Source: an uncultured Erysipelotrichaceae bacterium (GTDB taxonomy: Bacteria; Bacillota_I; Bacilli_A; RF39; UBA660). Taken from it: 51,901 bases of DNA. A program made the position numbers and the translations under genes. Positions 46,671 through 51,901 of the stretch are shown here, piece after piece; the first letter of the stretch is position 1; each line of letters begins with the position of its first letter. Under the pieces are notes generated by a model. That model saw nothing but the letters and a program-made list of their open reading frames with translations, did no database searches and was not told the DNA's origin. The stretch lies in contig CACXGX010000026.1 in NCBI GenBank assembly GCA_902767365.1, positions 1 through 51,901 of the forward strand. Direction: 5' to 3'.

Positions 46671-46931
46671 TTATATTTTTCCATGTAATTCTTTTAGTAT
46701 AGCTTCTCTATTATTATGATATGTCATCATTCTTAAATAATGTTCATAATATTTAAGTGCTTCACCGTCAATAATTCCATTACGACGTTGAGTTCTTTCA
46801 TATTCCTTTATTGCTTTAAGAATTTCACTTTTTTTTTCATTATCATTTAATATTTTACTTATTTCCTCATTACTTAATCCTCGAGCATTTAAATAATCAA
46901 TTAATTTATTATTCATTAATTTATTATCCAT
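46671..46931 (-). CDS. hypothetical small protein
   Basis: 86-aa ORF with a GGGGGAAT-type SD on the minus strand. No motif recognised. Confidence 0.5.
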   Translation of the reverse strand: MDNKLMNNKLIDYLNARGLSNEEISKILNDNEKKSEILKAIKEYERTQRRNGIIDGEALKYYEHYLRMMTYHNNREAILKELHGKI

Positions 46932-47009
46932 TTTTATTCCCCCCTTTTTTCAAATTGCTATTAATTTTACTACTTTTTTGGGGAAAAGTCAATTTTTTTG
47001 CTATTAATT

Positions 47010-48842
47010 CTATTCTACAGTAACAGATTTTGCAAGGTTTCTTGGCTTATCAACATCTAATCCTTTTGATACTGTTATATAGTACCCAATTAATTGAAGA
47101 GGTATTACAGAAAGAGAAGGTGAAAAATATTTATTAGTTTTAGGAATTATTATTGTATCATTTGCAACTTTACTTACATCTTTATCTTCTGTTGTTATTA
47201 CAATAACATAAGCTCCTCTTGATTTAACTTCTACTAGATTGCTAATAGTTTTTTCGTATATTTCTTCTTGCGTTGCTATTCCAATTACTAGAGTATTATC
47301 TTCAATTAAACTAATTGTTCCATGTTTTAATTCTCCTGATGCATAGGCTTCACTATGAATATAACTAATTTCTTTTAATTTTAAACTACCTTCTAATGAT
47401 ATCGCATAGTCAAGACCTCTTCCTATATAAAAAGCATCATGAATATTACTAAATTTACTTGAAAATTTTTGAATTTTTTCTGTCAAAGTATTTAAAATTA
47501 TTTGAATTTTTTCAGGTATATTTTTTATTTCATTTATTAACTCATTATAATATTCATTATTAATTTTTTTATTAATTTTGGCTAGTTCTGTTGCTAAAAC
47601 ATAAATTGCTATTAATTGTGTTGAAAATGCTTTTGTTGTAGCAACTGCTATTTCAGGACCTGCAAGTGTATATAAAACATAATCTGCTTCTCTTGCAATA
47701 GATGAACCAACAACATTTACTATTGCCAATGTTTTAACTCCTTTGTTTTTTGCTTCTCTTAATGCTGCTAAAGAATCTGCTGTTTCTCCAGATTGACTTA
47801 TGATAATTACTAAAGTATTTTTGTTTAAAATTGGCTTTCTATATCTAAATTCAGATGCTATTTCAACTCTAGTTGGAATCCTTGCTAAATCTTCAAATAT
47901 GTATTGAGCACAGATACCGACATGATATGCTGATCCACATGCAACAATATATAAGTTGTCAAATGATTTAAGGTCTTCTTCATTTAGATTAGCATTTTCT
48001 AATTTTATTTTATTATCAAAAATAAGTGAATTAATTGTCTTTTTTATTACATCAGGTTGTTCATTTATTTCTTTAATCATAAAATGTTCGTATCCTTCTT
48101 TTTCTGCTGATGATACATCCCATTTTATTTCATTTAATTCTTTTTCTATTTTATCTCCATTTAAATCATAAAATGTTACATCATCTTTTTTTAGACATGC
48201 ACATTCTAAATTATCTATATAATATACATTTTTAGTATATTTTAAAATAGCTGGTACATCTGATGCTAAGTACGTTCCATTTTTATCTTTCCCAATAATC
48301 ATAGGTGAATCTTTTCTTGCTACCCATATTTCATCTTGATAGTCTTTAAACATAACCGCTATAGCATATGATCCACGAATTCTTACCATAGTTCTATTAA
48401 TGGCATCGATTGGGCCCATTTTGTATTTTTTATAATAATAATCTATTAAATTAGCTAATACTTCTGTATCTGTCTGACTATAAAATACATAGTTATGTTT
48501 TTCTAATTTTTGAATTAATTCTTGGTAGTTTTCTATAATACCATTGTGTACTAATGTTACTGTACCATCATTTGAAACATGGGGGTGAGCATTTATTTCA
48601 TTCGGTTCTCCGTGAGTTGCCCATCTAGTGTGACCAATTCCACATGTTCCATCTAAATTCTTTTTATTTAATTTATCTTTTAAGTTTAAAAGTTTTCCTT
48701 TAGCTTTTATAACTTCTATTTTTTTATTTTTTTCAATAGCTATACCTGCTGAATCATATCCTCTATATTCAAGTCTAGAAAGTCCATCTAATAATATATC
48801 TACTGCTTTTTCATTTCCATTGTATCCAACAATTCCACACAT
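47010..48842 (-). CDS. glmS: glutamine--fructose-6-phosphate aminotransferase (isomerizing)
   Basis: MCGIVGY (N-terminal Cys nucleophile), GHTRWATHG, two SIS domains (ISQSGETADS), and the C-terminal KSVTVE. Confidence 0.97.
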   Translation of the reverse strand: MCGIVGYNGNEKAVDILLDGLSRLEYRGYDSAGIAIEKNKKIEVIKAKGKLLNLKDKLNKKNLDGTCGIGHTRWATHGEPNEINAHPHVSNDGTVTLVHNGIIENYQELIQKLEKHNYVFYSQTDTEVLANLIDYYYKKYKMGPIDAINRTMVRIRGSYAIAVMFKDYQDEIWVARKDSPMIIGKDKNGTYLASDVPAILKYTKNVYYIDNLECACLKKDDVTFYDLNGDKIEKELNEIKWDVSSAEKEGYEHFMIKEINEQPDVIKKTINSLIFDNKIKLENANLNEEDLKSFDNLYIVACGSAYHVGICAQYIFEDLARIPTRVEIASEFRYRKPILNKNTLVIIISQSGETADSLAALREAKNKGVKTLAIVNVVGSSIAREADYVLYTLAGPEIAVATTKAFSTQLIAIYVLATELAKINKKINNEYYNELINEIKNIPEKIQIILNTLTEKIQKFSSKFSNIHDAFYIGRGLDYAISLEGSLKLKEISYIHSEAYASGELKHGTISLIEDNTLVIGIATQEEIYEKTISNLVEVKSRGAYVIVITTEDKDVSKVANDTIIIPKTNKYFSPSLSVIPLQLIGYYITVSKGLDVDKPRNLAKSVTVE

Positions 48843-48854
48843 ATAAACTCCTTC

Positions 48855-48996
48855 TTTTAATTATGTTGACATACACTTGTTACAATTTTAATTTTGCTTT
48901 TTATGTATATCTAACGGTTCCATTACCGTAATAGCATCCGCCGAATCTTTCGATAACTATTAACCTCGTCGACCTTGTAGGTCCTGGCGCTAGAAG
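48855..48996 (-). promoter_or_regulatory. glmS ribozyme (GlcN6P-dependent self-cleaving riboswitch)
   Basis: The minus strand reads A|GCGCCAGGACCUACAAGGUCGACGAGGUUAAUAGUUAUCGAAAGAUUCGGCGGAUGCUAUUACGG..., matching the conserved glmS core (AGCGCCAG, GACGAGG, UAUCGAA..UUCGGCGGAUGC). It lies directly 5' of glmS. Confidence 0.9.
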
Positions 48997-49156
48997 TAAA
49001 ATTACAACCTTTCTATTTTTACAACTTTGGTTTAATTATATTTCTTTTGAATATAAATGTGAATAAAATTTATTATTTTTTATTATATTTATAATTTTTG
49101 TTGTTAAATATTTACTATACTTATAATATATGTTAATGTATGTTTGAGGTGATTTT

Positions 49157-50773
49157 ATGTCTAAATTAGTTAGTATATCATTATTAACTTTGACTTGTTT
49201 ATATGGTTTATTAGTGGCTGTTGCTGTATTAATTTGCTTAATTTGTGGAGTTAGTGTTATACCTGCTTTAATTGGTGGATTAATTGTTCTTGTTATACAA
49301 TTTATTATTTCTCCATGGTTAATGGATTTGACTACTAAGTGGTTATATAAAGTAGATTTCAATGCTGAAATACCTGATTATTTGGTTGATTTTATTAATA
49401 AAGTATGTAAAGAACATAATATTAAATATCCAAAAATTGGTATTATTAACGATGGTAATCCAAATTGTTATACTTATGGTAGAACTAAAAAAGATGCAAG
49501 AATTATTGTTACTCGTGGTATTTTTGATTTATTAAGTGAAAATGAGGTTAAAGCAGTTATTGGTCATGAACTTGGTCATATTGCTCATTATGATATGGTT
49601 GTTATGACTGTAGCTCAATTAATACCTATTGTTTTTTATGCTATATATGAAGCATGTATAGATTCTAGTACTGATTCTGATAATAATTCGAATGGTATAA
49701 TTGCAATTATTGCATATGTATTATATGTTATTTCTCAATATATAGTTTTATGGTTATCTAGAACTAGAGAATATTTTGCTGATTCATTTAGTATAGATAA
49801 AACGAAAAATCCAAATGCACTTGCTGAAGCATTAGTTAAAATAGGATATGGTTTAACTACAGCAAAAGAAGAAACTGTTAATGAAAAAGAAAAACCTATT
49901 AAAAAAAGAGATGTATCTTCTGTTAAAGGTTTAGGAATATTTGATAAAAATACTTCTAAGATGCTAGTTGCTTGTTCTTCTTGTGATGGGGTTAGTACAA
50001 GTATAAATAAAAAAGCCATTAAAAATGCTATGAAATGGGAAAAATGGAATTATTGGGCAAAATGGTATGAATTTAATTCAACTCATCCGTTAATTTCAAA
50101 ACGATTAGAAGCAATTTCTAAAAGAAGTAAAGAATTTAATCAAAAACCATATATTGTTTTTGATTTAGTTAAACCTGAAAGTTATGCTGATGATTTTGCA
50201 TTAGAACTATTACTTATATTTTTACCTACAGTATCTTTAATATCAGCATTTGTCTTTTTCTTCTTGATGCTTGCTAGTGAAGACTATCAAACATATAAGA
50301 TTGGTTTGGCAATAAGTGGAATGTTATTTGTTTTATTTAGATATCTATTATTTAGAAGAAAGTATAAGATGAGTAAATTTATTCCTTCTACCGTAGAAGA
50401 TTTATTAAGTGAAGTTAAAGTATCTAGTGTTACTTCTATCCCTTGCGAAGTGAGAGGTAATATCATTGGTAGGGGAGATGCTGGTTATATTTTCAGTGAA
50501 GACTTTGTAATTAGAGATAATACTGGAATTATGCTTTTAGATTATAATCAACCATTATGGATTATTAATAAAATATTTGCCTATTTTAAGGCAAAAACGT
50601 TTATTGATAAGGATATTATTATAAAAGGTTGGTATAGAAGAAGTCCTGTCCCTTATATAGAAATTTATCAAATGCAAATAGAAAAAAATGTAAAAAAAGT
50701 GTATACATATATATTTAAGACAATAGGACTTATACTTTTATTTGCAATATGTGTTGCTTTATTGTTTATTTAG
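49157..50773 (+). CDS. M48-family (HtpX-like) zinc metalloprotease with an extra C-terminal membrane/soluble module
   Basis: N-terminal TM helices, HELGH (IGHELGHIAHYD), and a downstream EYFAD (third-ligand Glu). After ~aa 330 come 2 more TM helices, a ~110-aa soluble segment and a final TM helix. Confidence 0.85.
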   Translation: MSKLVSISLLTLTCLYGLLVAVAVLICLICGVSVIPALIGGLIVLVIQFIISPWLMDLTTKWLYKVDFNAEIPDYLVDFINKVCKEHNIKYPKIGIINDGNPNCYTYGRTKKDARIIVTRGIFDLLSENEVKAVIGHELGHIAHYDMVVMTVAQLIPIVFYAIYEACIDSSTDSDNNSNGIIAIIAYVLYVISQYIVLWLSRTREYFADSFSIDKTKNPNALAEALVKIGYGLTTAKEETVNEKEKPIKKRDVSSVKGLGIFDKNTSKMLVACSSCDGVSTSINKKAIKNAMKWEKWNYWAKWYEFNSTHPLISKRLEAISKRSKEFNQKPYIVFDLVKPESYADDFALELLLIFLPTVSLISAFVFFFLMLASEDYQTYKIGLAISGMLFVLFRYLLFRRKYKMSKFIPSTVEDLLSEVKVSSVTSIPCEVRGNIIGRGDAGYIFSEDFVIRDNTGIMLLDYNQPLWIINKIFAYFKAKTFIDKDIIIKGWYRRSPVPYIEIYQMQIEKNVKKVYTYIFKTIGLILLFAICVALLFI

Positions 50774-50834
50774 ACTTGAAAAAGATTTTTAAAAGTGTTA
50801 AAATTCTTTTGTAAATGCAGTGATTGAGACATGA

Positions 50835-51015
50835 TTTAAATATATACTTTTAAAGAGAGTTAACATTTGGTGTGAGTTAATAAAGAGTATTTAAATTACT
50901 ACTCATGAGCAGAATTCGAAAGATTTTTCCGTGTTACTACGTTATAAGTTTTCAATTAAGTTAAACCATGGATGGTACCGTGTAATGCACTCCTATTTTT
51001 TTGTAGGAGTTTTTT
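50835..51015 (+). promoter_or_regulatory. T-box leader, Thr specifier (ACU)
   Basis: Stem I elements AAGAGAG and TGGTGTGA. The specifier-like segment is AAATTACTACT, giving ACT followed by A. The T-box sequence is AAACCATGGATGGTACCGTG. The terminator is actcct/aggagt plus a T-run at 50989-51015. Confidence 0.85.
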
Positions 51016-51031
51016 ATTTGAGGAGGGAAAT

Positions 51032-51901
51032 ATGATTAATATTAAAGAAGATGAAAAACTAAGTGTATTAAATCACTCATGTGCACATTTGCTCGCACAA
51101 GCAGTTAAGCATTTATATCCAGAAGCAAAATTTTGGGTAGGTCCTGTAGTAGAAGAAGGATTCTACTACGATATTGATTTAGGAGATACTCGTTTAACAG
51201 AAGAAGATTTAGCTAAGATAGAAAAGGAAATGAAAAAATGTGCTAAAGATGCTAAGCTAATTAAAAGAGTTGAAATATCAAAAAAAGAAGCTTTAGAACA
51301 ATTTAAAGATGATCCATATAAAGTTGATTTAATATCTAGAATGGATGAAAATGATACTGTTATTTCTATGTATACTCAAGGTGACTTTACTGATTTATGT
51401 CGTGGGCCACATGTAGAAAATACAAAATTATTAAAGAATTTTAAACTTTTAAAAGTTGCGGGAGCATATTGGAAAGGTGATTCTAAAAATAAAATGCTTC
51501 AAAGAATATATGGTATATGTTTTGAAACTCCAGAGGAGTTAGAAGCGCATTTAAAGGAACTTGAAGAAGCTAAAGAAAGAGATCATAGAAAAATAGGAAA
51601 AGATTTAGATATTTTTGTTACGAATGATTTAATTGGTAAAGGTCTTCCAATGTATTTACCTAATGGGTTTATAATTTGGAATCAACTTGAAAATTATATT
51701 AGAAATAAAGAGTTAGAAAGAGGATATCTTCATGTTTTAACTCCACCTTTAGGAAATGTAGAATTATATAAAACTTCAGGTCACTGGGCTCATTATAAAG
51801 ATGGAATGTTCCCTAAAATGGAAGTTGAAGGTGAGGAATTTGTACTTCGCCCAATGAACTGTCCTCATCATATGATGATTTATGCTAATGATATACATTC
51901 A
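51032..51901 (+). CDS. thrS: threonine--tRNA ligase, 5' partial (runs off the window), lacking an N-terminal TGS domain
   Basis: NHSCAHLLAQAVKHLYP occurs at residues 14-30, with GPVVEEGFYYD, DHRKIGK and RPMNCPHH. SD GAGGAGGG upstream. Confidence 0.95.
   Translation, partial: MINIKEDEKLSVLNHSCAHLLAQAVKHLYPEAKFWVGPVVEEGFYYDIDLGDTRLTEEDLAKIEKEMKKCAKDAKLIKRVEISKKEALEQFKDDPYKVDLISRMDENDTVISMYTQGDFTDLCRGPHVENTKLLKNFKLLKVAGAYWKGDSKNKMLQRIYGICFETPEELEAHLKELEEAKERDHRKIGKDLDIFVTNDLIGKGLPMYLPNGFIIWNQLENYIRNKELERGYLHVLTPPLGNVELYKTSGHWAHYKDGMFPKMEVEGEEFVLRPMNCPHHMMIYANDIHS

Noticed and set aside
49036-49362. 108-aa minus-strand ORF between the glmS ribozyme and the M48 protease gene.
   Set aside because: It overlaps the 5' end of the M48 gene and the divergent promoter region. 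It has an Ile/Asn/Lys/Thr-rich nonsense-like composition and no SD.
5670-50019. Short ORFs from the six-frame track that lie inside or antisense to larger genes: 5670-5855+, 12168-12371-, 13617-13841-, 15228-15455-, 19674-19889-, 19808-20041-, 20051-20260-, 22015-22221-, 23952-24200-, 26426-26608-, 27448-27645-, 33855-34127-, 39563-39757-, 44583-44846-, 47956-48171+ and 49735-50019-.
   Set aside because: Each is fully embedded in a well-supported longer CDS and lacks a plausible SD. Their skewed, low-complexity translations are what chance open frames in AT-rich DNA produce.
1-51901. Mollicutes-type genetic code (UGA read as Trp), suggested by the extreme AT-richness and compact proteins.
   Set aside because: All conserved genes are intact under the standard code. 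Trp positions in conserved motifs are TGG, and several genes end in TGA (for example at 458-460 and 29279-29281).

Overview
A very AT-rich Bacillota (Firmicutes)-type chromosomal segment. It reads cleanly in the standard bacterial code: Trp is TGG and conserved genes have no in-frame TGA. Genes are tightly packed, carry GGAGG-type Shine-Dalgarno sites, and are often followed by hairpin plus T-run terminators. Most of the window is housekeeping. This includes a T-box-controlled hisS-aspS pair, pyk, lon, uppP, rbfA, a probable 6S RNA upstream of tcdA, rpsP-khpA and uppS-cdsA-rseP. It also includes smc, ruvA-(membrane zincin)-ruvB-queA, a compact addB-addA, an isolated pilC-pilD pair, dnaI, glmS with its ribozyme, an M48 protease, and a T-box-controlled thrS cut by the window end. 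tRNA-Lys(CUU) and tRNA-Ser(GCU) are present. I saw no CRISPR array, transposase, integrase or rRNA. The accessory-looking block runs from about 10.4 to 21.1 kb. Its most interesting part is a terminator-bounded five-gene operon at 10424-14721. Two ~100-aa helical proteins, one with a central W-x-G, precede three proteins that each fuse a signal-peptide-less, probably helical N-terminal domain to a different C-terminal module. Those modules are a papain-like Cys peptidase, an unknown beta-rich domain, and a COG4099-like alpha/beta-hydrolase. This resembles a type VIIb (WXG100/LXG-like) effector battery, but I see no secretion apparatus and no obvious immunity gene in the window. Downstream lie a DUF4116-repeat gene and a multi-GNAT gene, both driven by a duplicated 46-nt promoter/5'UTR cassette, and a 1006-aa modular surface protein. 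Other oddities are a His/Cys-rich tail on HisRS, a T-box specifier region with overlapping GAC/CAC codons, and a ThrRS without a TGS domain. All functional calls rest on motifs I recognised by eye in the translations. No database search was run.
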